Origin: Alphaproteobacteria bacterium
GTDB lineage: Bacteria; Pseudomonadota; Alphaproteobacteria; UBA7887
NCBI GenBank assembly: GCA_965216755.1
Contig: CBDCGL010000011.1
Location: forward strand, 3,744,001 to 3,808,000
Reading direction: 5' to 3'
DNA length: 64,000 nt
The notes beneath the pieces are model-generated. The model searched no databases and had not been told where the DNA came from. It was given only the letters and a program-made list of their open reading frames with translations. Both the position numbers and the translations under genes were made by a program. Shown piece after piece: positions 19,872-32,216 of this stretch. Position 1 is the first letter of the stretch. Each line of letters begins with the position of its first letter.

Positions 19872-20777
19872 ATGCTTTCTTACGAAGATAGGGACGGGTT
19901 CATTTGGATGGATGGCGCTTTGGTGCCATGGCGCCAGGCCAGCCTTCACGTTTGTTCGCACGGTTTGCATTATGCGAGCTGTGTGTTCGAGGGTGAGCGC
20001 GTCTATGGCGGCACAATTTTCAAGTTGCAGGAACATACCGAGCGCTTGTTTGAATCGGCCCGCGGATTGGGTTTTGAGATTCCATACTCAGTCGATGCGA
20101 TCAATGCGGCCAATTACGAGGTCTTGGAAGCCAACGGTATTGGCGACGGCTATGTGCGCCCTGTGGCGTGGCGCGGTAGCGAGATGATGGGAGTCTCGGC
20201 ACAAAAAAACACCATCCATGTTGCGATTGCCGCATGGGAATGGCCGTCCTATTTTTCGCCGGAAGCGCGGTTGAAGGGCATCAAGCTGCAGTGGTCAGAG
20301 TGGAAACGGCCGTCGCCGGAAACGATTCCAGCCAAGACCAAGGCCGCCGGGCTGTACATGATCTGCACATTGAGCAAGCACCAGGCCGAGGCGGAAGGCT
20401 TCGATGACGCACTCATGGTTGACTGGCGCGGGCGTCTGGCCGAAGCCACCGGCGCCAATATTTTTTTGGTGATCGACGGTGCCTTACACACACCGACGCC
20501 GGATTGTTTTCTAGACGGGATAACCCGGCGGGCGGTGATTGAATTGGCGCGCGCCCGCAACGTCGACGTGATCGAACGCACGATCATGCCCGACGAATTG
20601 GCTAAGGCGGACGAGGTGTTTTTGACCGGCACCGCCGCAGAAGTGACACCGGTCGGCCAAATTGGAGATCTGCATTTCCAGGTCGGTTCGATCACCCGGC
20701 AATTGATGGACGATTTTACGGCTCTCACCAACAATGTCGGCGAACATCGCCCGGCGCGTGTCGGTGCGGCAGAATGA
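19872..20777 (+). CDS. ilvE: Branched-chain amino acid aminotransferase
   Basis: HGLHYASCVFEG, KAAGLY, EATGAN, LDGITR, FLTGTAAE. Confidence 0.95.
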   Translation: MLSYEDRDGFIWMDGALVPWRQASLHVCSHGLHYASCVFEGERVYGGTIFKLQEHTERLFESARGLGFEIPYSVDAINAANYEVLEANGIGDGYVRPVAWRGSEMMGVSAQKNTIHVAIAAWEWPSYFSPEARLKGIKLQWSEWKRPSPETIPAKTKAAGLYMICTLSKHQAEAEGFDDALMVDWRGRLAEATGANIFLVIDGALHTPTPDCFLDGITRRAVIELARARNVDVIERTIMPDELAKADEVFLTGTAAEVTPVGQIGDLHFQVGSITRQLMDDFTALTNNVGEHRPARVGAAE

Positions 20778-20796
20778 GCTTTAATATCGCTTGAGA

Positions 20797-21276
20797 TTAT
20801 TCCGCCGCGTCGGCCATGCGTCGGTCGTCGGTGCCCCATTTGGCGGCGGCTTCGTCGTCGCTTTCGCGGGCGTCAACCCAACGTTTTCCCGTCGCCGTAT
20901 CCTCACATTTCCAGAACGGCGCTTTGGTTTTGAGCCAGTCGATCAGAAATTGACACGATTCGAGTGCCGCCTGGCGGTGGGCCGATGCCGTGACCACCAG
21001 CACGATTCGCGCGCCCGGCTCAAGCCGGCCGTAACGATGGATAATCAGCACATCGTCCAACGGCCAACGCGCGCGGGCATCGGCTTCCAATGCGGCAAGC
21101 TGTTTTTCGGTCATGCCTGGATAGTGTTCCAGGGTCATCGCACCGATTTTGTCGTCGCCGGCCATGTCGCGTACCAAACCGACAAAACTGGCAACACCGC
21201 CAATGTCATGGCGACCGCGGCTGAGCGCTTCAATCTCGGCGCCGATGTCAAAATCTTCAGTCTGGACGCGGATCAT
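20797..21276 (-). CDS. moaE: Molybdopterin synthase catalytic subunit
   Basis: LEHYPGMT, HRYG, SAHR, KTKAPFWK. Confidence 0.96.
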   Translation of the reverse strand: MIRVQTEDFDIGAEIEALSRGRHDIGGVASFVGLVRDMAGDDKIGAMTLEHYPGMTEKQLAALEADARARWPLDDVLIIHRYGRLEPGARIVLVVTASAHRQAALESCQFLIDWLKTKAPFWKCEDTATGKRWVDARESDDEAAAKWGTDDRRMADAAE

Positions 21277-21280
21277 GGCT

Positions 21281-21535
21281 CTAACCTCCGGTCACCGGCG
21301 GAAACAGCGCGACCTCGTCATCGGCAGCGATCGGATGGTCGTCCCTGACATATTCCTCGTTCACGGCGACACGCACGACGGACAGGTCGGCCAACGCGGC
21401 CGCGTATCCATCACCACGGGTCTGCAGCCAGCCAAGCAAGTCGCCGACGGTGGCCACGCCATCAGGCAATGTGACCGTTTCTTCGGCGAGGCCCGCTTTC
21501 TCGCGGATCCATGCAAAATACAACAACTTCATCAC
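21281..21535 (-). CDS. moaD: Molybdopterin synthase sulfur carrier subunit
   Basis: YFAWIRE and C-terminal FPPVTGG. Confidence 0.96.
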   Translation of the reverse strand: MMKLLYFAWIREKAGLAEETVTLPDGVATVGDLLGWLQTRGDGYAAALADLSVVRVAVNEEYVRDDHPIAADDEVALFPPVTGG

Positions 21536-22821
21536 GCAACTTCACCAAACGGCAGGAAATCAACGACGCTGCCGGCCGCAACATACGACAAATCCTCCGC
21601 CAATTCGACAAAACCGTCTGCGGCTGACACCGAGGTCAAGATCGCGGCGCCTTGGCCACCCGCCCGCTCGGCCAGCGGCAAATGATCGCGCCTGCCGGTC
21701 AAGCGGCAACGGACAAATTCACGGCGCCCCAACTTTTTCTTGTGGTCAAAGCCCAACAACACTGGAAACAGCAGTGGCCGCACATTTTCGCAGCCGGCTA
21801 GCCGCAAGATGAGTGGACGGACAAAGCGCAGGAACGTCACCATCACCGCGACAGGATTGCCGGGCAGGCCGACAAACGGGACGAAATCCGCGCTTTGCGG
21901 CGTGCGGCGCAGTTCGCCCAGCGCCAATGGCCGGCCCGGCTTGATCGCCAGTCGCCAAAATGTGAGACGACCGAGCGCTTCGAGCGCGGTCTTGACATGA
22001 TCTTCCTCGCCGACCGATGCGCCGCCAGAGGTGATCAACGCGTCGTGATCCGGCGCGGCGTCCGCCAGCGCATCGCGGACGGCCACCAAGTCATCGGCGA
22101 TGATACCCAAATCATCGACCTCGCAGCCCAGGCGTGTCAGCAGCGACGTCAGCACATAGCGGTTGGAATCGTAAATAGTGCCGGCTTCCAGCGTGGCGCC
22201 GGGCTCACGGACCTCATCTCCGGTCGAAAAAACCGCGACACGTAGGCGTCGATATACGACGAGAGAAGCCCGGCCAAGTGCGGCGGCAAGACCCAGATCC
22301 TCTGGTCGCAAGCGACGCCCGCGGCGAAGGACGGTGCCGCCGGCGGTGACATCTTCACCAGCCCGCCGGCGATTGGCGTGGCGCGCAATGCCCGGCGGTA
22401 GGCGCACCTGGTCGCCGCGCATCTCGCAGTCCTCTTGCATGAAGATCGTGTCGGGACCGGCGTCGCGCGTGCCGCGCGGCATGGCGGCCCCGGTAAACAC
22501 GCGCAATGCTTCCCCACGCCGCGCCGGGCGGTTCAGCGCGTGGCCTGCGGTGACGCGGCCGGTGACGGGCAACAGGGTCGTCGCGCCTGGCGCTAGGTCG
22601 TCATAATAGACCGCGTAACCATCGACGGCCGAGTTGTCGAATGGCGGCACGTCCAGGGTGGCCACCAGATCTTCCCCGAGAATGCGTCCGACGGTGTCGC
22701 CCAGCGGCACGGATTCGATCGCGGCCACCGGTGCAATGCGCTGCTCCAGCAGGGTCAGCGCGTCGTCCAGCGGCATCAATGCATCGCCATGCCGAAAGCA
22801 ATCGTCGCTGAGCTGTGTCAT
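21532..22821 (-). CDS. moeA: Molybdopterin molybdenumtransferase
   Basis: PPFDNSAVDGYA, STGDE, TSGGASVG, KPGRP, LPGNP. Confidence 0.96.
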   Translation of the reverse strand: MTQLSDDCFRHGDALMPLDDALTLLEQRIAPVAAIESVPLGDTVGRILGEDLVATLDVPPFDNSAVDGYAVYYDDLAPGATTLLPVTGRVTAGHALNRPARRGEALRVFTGAAMPRGTRDAGPDTIFMQEDCEMRGDQVRLPPGIARHANRRRAGEDVTAGGTVLRRGRRLRPEDLGLAAALGRASLVVYRRLRVAVFSTGDEVREPGATLEAGTIYDSNRYVLTSLLTRLGCEVDDLGIIADDLVAVRDALADAAPDHDALITSGGASVGEEDHVKTALEALGRLTFWRLAIKPGRPLALGELRRTPQSADFVPFVGLPGNPVAVMVTFLRFVRPLILRLAGCENVRPLLFPVLLGFDHKKKLGRREFVRCRLTGRRDHLPLAERAGGQGAAILTSVSAADGFVELAEDLSYVAAGSVVDFLPFGEVA

Positions 22822-23333
22822 GGATTCCCGGCCGGCGGCGTGCACAGGCCGACGACGAAATCGGCAATGGCGTCAATATCGTCAAGATTTAACACCGTTC
22901 GCGCGCCCGGATCCTTCGGCAATGGTGCATCGGTCGCGACGGCGATAACACTGTCATTGTCCGGATAGAGCAGTGGATTGTCGCTGCCGGTACGACAGAC
23001 TTCGATCTTTTCATGAGCTTCCGAGCGATACCCCTCGACCAGAACCAAATCGACCGGACTCAGCCGTGCGATCAATTGGTCCAAATCCGGTTCGCAGGCG
23101 CCGCGCAGTTCGCCCATATGCGCCCAACGGGTCGCTGAGCTGATCAAGACTTCATTCGCGCCGGCGTTTCGATGGTGAAACGAATCTTTTCCCGGCTGGT
23201 CAATGTCGAAGCCGTGATGTGCATGTTTGATGGTCGAAACCGTCAGGCCGCGCGCCACGAGCACGGGCAGTAGCCGCGTAATGAGGGTAGTCTTGCCGCT
23301 GCCACTCCACCCGGATATGCCAAGAACGCGCAT
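22818..23333 (-). CDS. mobB: Molybdopterin-guanine dinucleotide biosynthesis protein B
   Basis: GWSGSGKTT, KHAHHGFDID, VLVEGY. Confidence 0.95.
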   Translation of the reverse strand: MRVLGISGWSGSGKTTLITRLLPVLVARGLTVSTIKHAHHGFDIDQPGKDSFHHRNAGANEVLISSATRWAHMGELRGACEPDLDQLIARLSPVDLVLVEGYRSEAHEKIEVCRTGSDNPLLYPDNDSVIAVATDAPLPKDPGARTVLNLDDIDAIADFVVGLCTPPAGNP

Positions 23334-23350
23334 CGAGGGCCCAGGTCGAT

Positions 23351-23971
23351 CTAGCGAACCTCGCCGACACCGCCGGAGGCACCGGTTGGTGACTTGGCGC
23401 CAGGCGTGGTCGGTTCAGCAAGCATGTGGCGCAAGCCGACGCGCAAATAACTGTAACCGGTTACCAGTGTCAGCACGGCGGCGATCCATAGCAAAATCGT
23501 ACCGATAAACAGCGGGTCGGAACTGGGTGGAATCAACACCGGCCCAGCATCGCCGACCAGCAGAAAGCATAGCGCGACGATTTGCACGCCGGTTTTCCAT
23601 TTGGCGAGCCGGCTGACCGGCACGCTGACATTCAATTCGGCCAAGAATTCGCGTAAGCCGGAGACCAGGATTTCGCGGCAGAGAATGACCAAGCAGGGCA
23701 GGATCGGCGCGTGTTCCGCCCAAACCAGCATGACAATCGCGGCACTCACCAGCAGCTTGTCGGCGATCGGGTCCAAGAAACGGCCAAGCGCCGACGTCAT
23801 TTGCCAGCGACGCGCCAAATAGCCGTCGAAATAGTCGGTAATGCCCGCGAGCAAGAACAGCCCGAACGCGCACCAGTTGGCGCCCGGATAGGGCAAATAG
23901 AAAGCGGCAACGAATAGTGGAATGACCACAATCCGCGACAGCGTCAGTAAATTGGGCAGCGACGTCAGCAT
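23351..23971 (-). CDS. pgsA: CDP-diacylglycerol--glycerol-3-phosphate 3-phosphatidyltransferase
   Basis: PNLLTLSRI, DYFDGYLAR, FLDPIADK, REILVSGLRE. Confidence 0.96.
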   Translation of the reverse strand: MLTSLPNLLTLSRIVVIPLFVAAFYLPYPGANWCAFGLFLLAGITDYFDGYLARRWQMTSALGRFLDPIADKLLVSAAIVMLVWAEHAPILPCLVILCREILVSGLREFLAELNVSVPVSRLAKWKTGVQIVALCFLLVGDAGPVLIPPSSDPLFIGTILLWIAAVLTLVTGYSYLRVGLRHMLAEPTTPGAKSPTGASGGVGEVR

Positions 23972-24121
23972 CTCGCACCGTCCTTGTGCGTGTGGGCACC
24001 ATAGCAAGCTTGTCTTGGTGTGGCCATTCTCGGTCCGGTACGTGGTTGGCACGAGCCGGTTTCGGCCGGGGCGCCGGCGCAAATGGCGTCCACCGCGCCC
24101 ACCGCGCCAAGTCGGGCGCGC

Positions 24122-26044
24122 TTAGCCGTCGCCATGAAAGTGATCATAGATGCGCTTTGCGACAGTTCTGCTGATACCATCGACCGTTTCCAGGTCGGCC
24201 AGCGCGGCATCGGCGACCGCGCGCGCCGAGCCAAAGCGATGCAACAGCGCGCGCTTGCGTTTTGATCCGATTCCCTCGATCGAATCGATTTCTGACCGGC
24301 CCAACGATTTCGATCGACGCGCACGATGGCTAGAGATGGCGAAACGATGCGCCTCGTCGCGCAGGCGCTGCAGAAAATACAGCACCGGATTGTCGGGTTG
24401 CAGCATGAACGGTGCCCGACCCGGCACATGAAAGCGTTCGCGGCCGGCGTCACGGTCGGGCCCTTTGGCGATCGCCGCCACCGGAACATCGGCGACGCCG
24501 AGGTCGGCGAAAACCTGCTGCACGCTAGACAGCTGTCCGGCGCCCCCGTCGATCAGAACCAAGTCCGGCCATTGGCCTTTGTCGCGATCGGGATCTTCGC
24601 GACGCAGGCGCGCGAAACGGCGGCCAAGGACCTCGCGCATCATGGCGTAGTCGTCGCCGGGCGCGGCCAACGCGGCGCCATCGCTGGCCCCGGCGGTGCG
24701 TATATTGAATTTCCGGTAGGCGTTTTTTTGCAGCCCGTCGGCGCCGGCGACGATCATCGCGCCCACGGCTTGGTGACCTGAAATGTGACTGTTGTCATAG
24801 ACTTCGATCCGTCGGGGTGTGCTGTCGAGCCCAAGCACCTCGGCGACACCGTCCAGCAGTCTACGCTGCGCCGCACTTTCCGACAGACGCCGCGCCAAGG
24901 CTTCACGGGCGTTGTCGCGCGCGTAGGCGACCAATTTCTGCTTGTCGCCGCGCAAAGGCGCCGTCACCGTGACCCGCCGTCCCGCGCGCACACCCAGGGC
25001 CTGGGCAATCAACTCCTCTGCATCGATCGCGTGGCTCAACAAAACGAGTTTCGGTGGGGTGCGATTCTCGTAATATTGGGCGATGAACGCGGCGACGACG
25101 GCCTCGACAGGCTCGCTACGGTGGTGGCTGGGAAAGTATGCGCGATTGCCGTAGTGACTGCCGCCGCGATAGAAAAACACCTGTATGCAGGTGTGGCCGC
25201 CCTCTTGATGGGCCGCGATCACATCGGCTTCGTCGATGCTGCGCACATTGATGTCTTGCTGCGACTGGATATGGGCCAGCGCACGGAGACGGTCGCGCAA
25301 CACCGCCGCCGATTCGAACTCCAAGCGGTCGCTGGCCGTCTGCATTTGCCCCGACAGCCGACCTTGCACGTCTTGGCTCTTGCCCGACAGGAAATCCCGT
25401 GCCTGGCCGACCAGTTCGGCATAATCGACGCGGCCGATAAGGCCGACGCACGGCGCCGTGCAACGTTTGATCTGGTATTGGAGACACGGCCGTGAACGAG
25501 TCGCGAAAACCGAATCCGAACAAGATCGGATCGGAAACGCACGTTGCAACGCGTTCAAGGTCCGATTGACGGCACCGGCGGATGCAAATGGGCCGAAATA
25601 CTCGCCTTTGCGGTCGCGGGCGCCACGATGCTTGACCAGCTGCGGCCAGTCGTGATCGCCGGTCAGTAGAATGTAAGGGTGCGATTTATCGTCGCGCAGA
25701 ACGATATTGTAGCGCGGTTTAAGGCGCTTGATCAGATTGGCTTCCAGCAGCAGCGCTTCGGCTTCGGTATGCGTGGTGACGATCTCAAGCGCTGTCGTCT
25801 CGCTGATCATGCGCGCGATGCGTTGGCCATGGCGAACCAAATTGGCGTAACTGGTGACGCGCTTTTTGAGATTGCGTGCCTTGCCGACATACAACGGCTG
25901 ACCGTCGGCGCCGATCATGCGATAGACTCCGGGGACCGCCGGCATGGTTTTCAGGCTGGCCTGAATTACGGCGACGCCGCGCAACTGGGCCGCTTCGCCT
26001 TGTGGCGATGACGGGTGGTCTTGGTCGGTGTCGGTGCCGATCAT
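24122..26044 (-). CDS. uvrC: Excinuclease ABC subunit C
   Basis: GIY-YIG domain (GVYRM, YVGKA), [21 protein letters not shown]-terminal HhH. Confidence 0.97.
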   Translation of the reverse strand: MIGTDTDQDHPSSPQGEAAQLRGVAVIQASLKTMPAVPGVYRMIGADGQPLYVGKARNLKKRVTSYANLVRHGQRIARMISETTALEIVTTHTEAEALLLEANLIKRLKPRYNIVLRDDKSHPYILLTGDHDWPQLVKHRGARDRKGEYFGPFASAGAVNRTLNALQRAFPIRSCSDSVFATRSRPCLQYQIKRCTAPCVGLIGRVDYAELVGQARDFLSGKSQDVQGRLSGQMQTASDRLEFESAAVLRDRLRALAHIQSQQDINVRSIDEADVIAAHQEGGHTCIQVFFYRGGSHYGNRAYFPSHHRSEPVEAVVAAFIAQYYENRTPPKLVLLSHAIDAEELIAQALGVRAGRRVTVTAPLRGDKQKLVAYARDNAREALARRLSESAAQRRLLDGVAEVLGLDSTPRRIEVYDNSHISGHQAVGAMIVAGADGLQKNAYRKFNIRTAGASDGAALAAPGDDYAMMREVLGRRFARLRREDPDRDKGQWPDLVLIDGGAGQLSSVQQVFADLGVADVPVAAIAKGPDRDAGRERFHVPGRAPFMLQPDNPVLYFLQRLRDEAHRFAISSHRARRSKSLGRSEIDSIEGIGSKRKRALLHRFGSARAVADAALADLETVDGISRTVAKRIYDHFHGDG

Positions 26045-26151
26045 GGCACGAATATCGTGGTGGGATCGGTCGCGGTCAACGCGCAGACGCATGACGCCTG
26101 ATCGTAATTGTCGTCCCGCCGAATCAAACGGTCATGCGACTTGAATTGGCC

Positions 26152-26361
26152 TGTGGAAAATTCTGTGTAAAACCGTCGTCCGACATAAGGTATCGGTCTG
26201 TGTTTCAAGGATTTGTTGGCAAATCCATGAAATATCCAAGAAATTATAAGTTATTGATTTTTTTATAATATCCCTTGTCAAATGATTTCGGGCGGACAGC
26301 CGGGCGGATAATTGTCATTTGACTCCTTGCGCGACGGTCAAGTTTTCGACGTTGTGTACAA
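26152..26361. promoter_or_regulatory. AT-rich cluster of DnaA boxes around an IHF consensus site
   Basis: TGTGGAAAA (26152-60) and TGTGTAAAA (26164-72) match the reverse complement of TTWTNCACA. TAAGTTATTGATT (26247-59) matches the reverse complement of WATCAANNNNTTR. TGTGTACAA (26353-61) has 1 mismatch. Confidence 0.6.
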
Positions 26362-26423
26362 ATGGCCGAATGGGGCGGCGCAGTCGGCCGAGTATCGGGT
26401 AGCGAATCGCGCTTGCAGCCAAT

Positions 26424-26846
26424 TCAGTTTTCGGCTACGCGCTCGATTTCGACGCCGACTCCGCCGGCATCGGCGATAACATCCAGTTTCTCCACGCGGA
26501 CCCAGGCACGATCGACGCGGCGATCGTCCAAACACAGGTCAGCGATTCGCTGGGCCAAAGTCTCGACCAAATTGAGATGTCCAGAATCAACAATGGTGCG
26601 GATCTGGTCGACGACATGTTCATAGCTGACCACATCGCTGATATGGTCACCAAACGGTGCGGCCGCGTCCCTGATATCCAGGCGCACATTGATTCGCACG
26701 CGCTGGCGTTTACCGCGTTCATGGGCATAAACGCCGATCTCACATGGCAACACAAGATCGCGTACGAACAAGCGCCGCGCGACGGTTGTGCGCGTACTTA
26801 GGCGCAGGGGTTCAATGGTACCGTGCCCCGGCAAGCGTTTGGCCAT
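26424..26846 (-). CDS. folB: Dihydroneopterin aldolase
   Basis: IGVYAHE, VVSYE, LVETLA, VRVEK, GVGVEIER. Confidence 0.9.
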   Translation of the reverse strand: MAKRLPGHGTIEPLRLSTRTTVARRLFVRDLVLPCEIGVYAHERGKRQRVRINVRLDIRDAAAPFGDHISDVVSYEHVVDQIRTIVDSGHLNLVETLAQRIADLCLDDRRVDRAWVRVEKLDVIADAGGVGVEIERVAEN

Positions 26847-26856
26847 AAACAAAAGC

Positions 26857-27618
26857 CTATTCAGGAGGCGGCGCCTGTTGCGCCGACGGCGCCCAACCCA
26901 AATGCTGACCGCCATCCAGGGCGATCATTTGCCCGGTCATGGCCGGCGCGTCCAGAATAAAAAGCACGGCCGCGGCAATCTCGCCTGGACTTGTGCCACG
27001 TCCCAAAGGCATCGAGCGACATTGGGCGGCGAATTGCTCGGGTGTCTGCCGCGGGCTCGGCAATGTCGGCCCCGGACCGATGGCGTTGACGCGAATGTTG
27101 GGCGCCAATGCGAGGGCCATGGTTTGAGTTAGGGTCCACAGGCCTGTCTTAGAGACGGTGTATGACACGAAATAGGGGGTCAGATTCCACACCCGTTCGT
27201 CGATAATATTGACGATTGTGCCTTGGCGGTTTGCGCCGAGAGCCTTGGCGAATTCTTGCATCAGCACAAAGGGCGCACGCAGATTGACCGCCATGTGGCG
27301 GTCCCAACTGGCTCTGGTTGCCGTTGCGACATCGTCGGCTTCAAATAACGCGGCGTTGTTGATCAAGACACTGATGGGGCCAAGGGTGGTCTCCGCGCTG
27401 CCGATCAGCGCTGCCGTCTCCCCTTCGTCGGTCAAGTCAGCGGCAAGGGCAACCGCGCGGCCGCCCTCGGATTCGATGGTTGCCACCGCCGTCTCGGCGG
27501 CCGCCTGGCCGGTGTGATAATGCACGGCGACCGCATAGTCGGCGCGGCCGAGGGCGAGCGCGATCGCCTCTCCGATGCGCGCGCCGCCGCCTGTCACCAA
27601 TGCGGTTCCTCGTGACAT
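26857..27618 (-). CDS. SDR oxidoreductase (pteridine reductase/FolM-like)
   Basis: TGGGARIG, NNAA, YTVSK, VNAIGPG; adjacent to folB. Confidence 0.9.
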   Translation of the reverse strand: MSRGTALVTGGGARIGEAIALALGRADYAVAVHYHTGQAAAETAVATIESEGGRAVALAADLTDEGETAALIGSAETTLGPISVLINNAALFEADDVATATRASWDRHMAVNLRAPFVLMQEFAKALGANRQGTIVNIIDERVWNLTPYFVSYTVSKTGLWTLTQTMALALAPNIRVNAIGPGPTLPSPRQTPEQFAAQCRSMPLGRGTSPGEIAAAVLFILDAPAMTGQMIALDGGQHLGWAPSAQQAPPPE

Positions 27619-27694
27619 AGGCGGGAGAGTGGCGTATGCGGGGGGCGACGGCAAGTACCCGCGATCAGGCGGTTGCGGACTAAGGAATTATGAG

Positions 27695-28681
27695 ATGAAG
27701 GCACAGATTTTGCGCGCTTTTGGCGACGCGGACCAGCTTGAACTGACCGATTGGCCGGATCCGGACTGCCGCGCAGGTGAAGTGTTGGTGCGCATTGGCG
27801 CCGCCAGCATCAATCCCGTCGACTATAAATCGCGCCAGGCGGGGCCGCCATTCGCACCGCAACCGCCGGCGGTGATGGGCATGGACTTGGCTGGTACCGT
27901 CGAAAGGGTCGGTGACGGCGTGACCGAATTTCAACCGGGCGACAAGGTGTATGGCTGCGCCGGCGGCATCCGCGGCCTGGGCGGCACTTATGCCGAGCTG
28001 ATCGCCACCGATCATCGATTGCTCGCTAAAGCGCCAACAAGCCTCTCCATCCGCGAGGTTGCGGCGTTGCCGCTGGTGTCGATCACCGCTTGGGAAGCCC
28101 TACATGATCGCGCCCATGTCAAATCAGGCGACAAAGTGCTGGTCCATGCCGGAACCGGCGGTGTCGGCCATATTGGAATTCAATTGGCGAAGGCCGCGGG
28201 CGCATGGGTCTGCGCCACGGTATCCAACGACGATAAGGCGCGCATTTCCCGGCAACTGGGCGCCGACGAAACAATCAACTACCGAACCGAAGCGCCGGCC
28301 GACTATGTCGCACGCCTGACCGACGGGCAGGGCTTTGACATCGTCTTAGACACGGTCGGCGGCGACAATATCGCGCCATCGTTGGATGCCGCGCGGCTCA
28401 ACGGCACGGTCGTGACGATCATGGCGCGCGCCAACCTTGATCTTGGCGCGATGCATGTCAAAGGGCTCTCGTTGCACGCCGTCTTCATGCTGATCCCGAT
28501 GATTCACGATGTTGGTCGCGCCCGCCATGGCGCGATTTTGACCGAACTCGCCGCCTTGGTCGACGCCGGCAAGGTCAAGCCGCTGCTCGACGAGCTGGAC
28601 TTCACGCTGGCGCAATTGCCAGACGCCATGCGACGCCTGGAATCGGGCGCAGCTATCGGCAAGGTCGTTGTGACGGTCTAA
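27695..28681 (+). CDS. MDR superfamily (quinone oxidoreductase/zinc ADH-like) protein
   Basis: SINPVDYK, GMDLAG, HAGTGGVG, GKVVV. Confidence 0.92.
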   Translation: MKAQILRAFGDADQLELTDWPDPDCRAGEVLVRIGAASINPVDYKSRQAGPPFAPQPPAVMGMDLAGTVERVGDGVTEFQPGDKVYGCAGGIRGLGGTYAELIATDHRLLAKAPTSLSIREVAALPLVSITAWEALHDRAHVKSGDKVLVHAGTGGVGHIGIQLAKAAGAWVCATVSNDDKARISRQLGADETINYRTEAPADYVARLTDGQGFDIVLDTVGGDNIAPSLDAARLNGTVVTIMARANLDLGAMHVKGLSLHAVFMLIPMIHDVGRARHGAILTELAALVDAGKVKPLLDELDFTLAQLPDAMRRLESGAAIGKVVVTV

Positions 28682-29937
28682 GCGTCTGTGGAACTCGCCA
28701 TGGTGATGCGCACCAAAGCGACACCCAGCCACAGAGCGCACAGCCACCAGGCTTGCCAGACGCCATAGGACAGGCTGCACAGCGTCAATCCGGCGATCAA
28801 AGTCGCCGCCACTGCGCCCTTGCCCAGCCGATCGGGCCCAACGCGCGGCACGGAAAATAACAGGGCGACGGTCAGGGCGGCCAACGTCATGGCGCCCGGT
28901 AGGCCCAGTTCCAACCAAATCTGCAGGCCCGCATTGTGCGGGTGCAAGGGCATCACGGTCATGCCGCCATAGGTCTCGGCGGGCAAACCCGGATTAACGT
29001 CGACCAACCGCTGGCCGCCACCTGGAATCGCCCGCGCCGAATCGAGCCCCCAGCCGGTCAATGGTCGTTCATAGATTTTTTCGCCGGTGAATTGCCAGAT
29101 ATACAGGCGGTGAACCCCCGTCGACGGCCATGTGGCATGGTCCGGCTGGGCGAGCATGCGGCCCGACAAGAATGTGATCAGTACCGGCGCAAACAAAGTC
29201 ATCAGACATTGGCTGATCGCCAACACCCGCGTCATGATGTAGGGGGCAATGGTGATCAAGATCATGGTCAGGGTGCCGGTAAACAAACCGGTTAGGGCAG
29301 AGCCGCTCTCCGCGACCACCAGCAGGCCGACGCAGACGGCGAGCGCCGCGATCGCGATCAGCCATGAGCGCTGCAATAAATAGTAACAAACCGGCCAAAT
29401 GATCAACGCGGCGACGGTCGCGGCCGGATTGAGGATGGCGCGTCCGTAGCGTGCCGGTTCGTCGAACAACAGGCGGCGGATCGCTTGATTGCTGCCGATG
29501 TCGATGGCAAACAAAGCCAGGCCCAGTGCCGCGCCCCAGGCGGCCATGGTGCCGATATAGCGGACCTCGCTGGGGTTTAGGCGCGGCAGCCCACCGATCA
29601 AGACAAAGCCGCCGCCAACGATGGCGATCAGTTCGATTGCCTGACGAATCGAACGTTCAGGATCCCCCGACCACGCCGCCGAAAACGTTGCCCATAAAAG
29701 AAAAATCGTAAACGCGTTGACGTAGACCCGGGGCAGCAACCGCCACGTGAACTGTCGTTGTCGCAGCAGGTCGAGCGATGCGCAGGCCGCAATGACGGCC
29801 AAAATTGTCAACGCCTTGTGGGCAATCACGGCAGTCGGCAGGATCATGAACAGTGACACCGCCAGAACATGCACGGCCAATGGCCGCGCCGTCGAGCCAA
29901 TGGCCGCCACGGCGCCGTCGCGCGTGTCTGTCGTCAT
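28678..29937 (-). CDS. O-antigen ligase (Wzy_C) family membrane protein
   Basis: Multiple TM segments, HRLYIW, PLTGWG, HPHNAGLQIWLELG. Confidence 0.88.
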   Translation of the reverse strand: MTTDTRDGAVAAIGSTARPLAVHVLAVSLFMILPTAVIAHKALTILAVIAACASLDLLRQRQFTWRLLPRVYVNAFTIFLLWATFSAAWSGDPERSIRQAIELIAIVGGGFVLIGGLPRLNPSEVRYIGTMAAWGAALGLALFAIDIGSNQAIRRLLFDEPARYGRAILNPAATVAALIIWPVCYYLLQRSWLIAIAALAVCVGLLVVAESGSALTGLFTGTLTMILITIAPYIMTRVLAISQCLMTLFAPVLITFLSGRMLAQPDHATWPSTGVHRLYIWQFTGEKIYERPLTGWGLDSARAIPGGGQRLVDVNPGLPAETYGGMTVMPLHPHNAGLQIWLELGLPGAMTLAALTVALLFSVPRVGPDRLGKGAVAATLIAGLTLCSLSYGVWQAWWLCALWLGVALVRITMASSTDA

Positions 29938-30041
29938 TCTGGTTCCGGTTGGTTACGTGAGCCGTCATTTTGCGGCGCTGGGCGCCGAATTTGCGGCGAG
30001 CATAGGCGCGGCAATTCAGTCTGTCACGGCTTGCCCGGCTA

Positions 30042-32182
<2,141 letters not shown>

Positions 32183-32216
32183 CTTGTCATCTGTCTGGCC
32201 CTGTTCAAGACCCCGA

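Noticed and set aside
26093-26423. Chromosomal origin oriC
   Set aside because: Few DnaA boxes, no obvious unwinding repeats and no hemE/dnaA/parAB context.
32190-32206. Alphaproteobacterial LexA box upstream of uvrB
   Set aside because: GAAC-N7-GACA matches only one half-site well.
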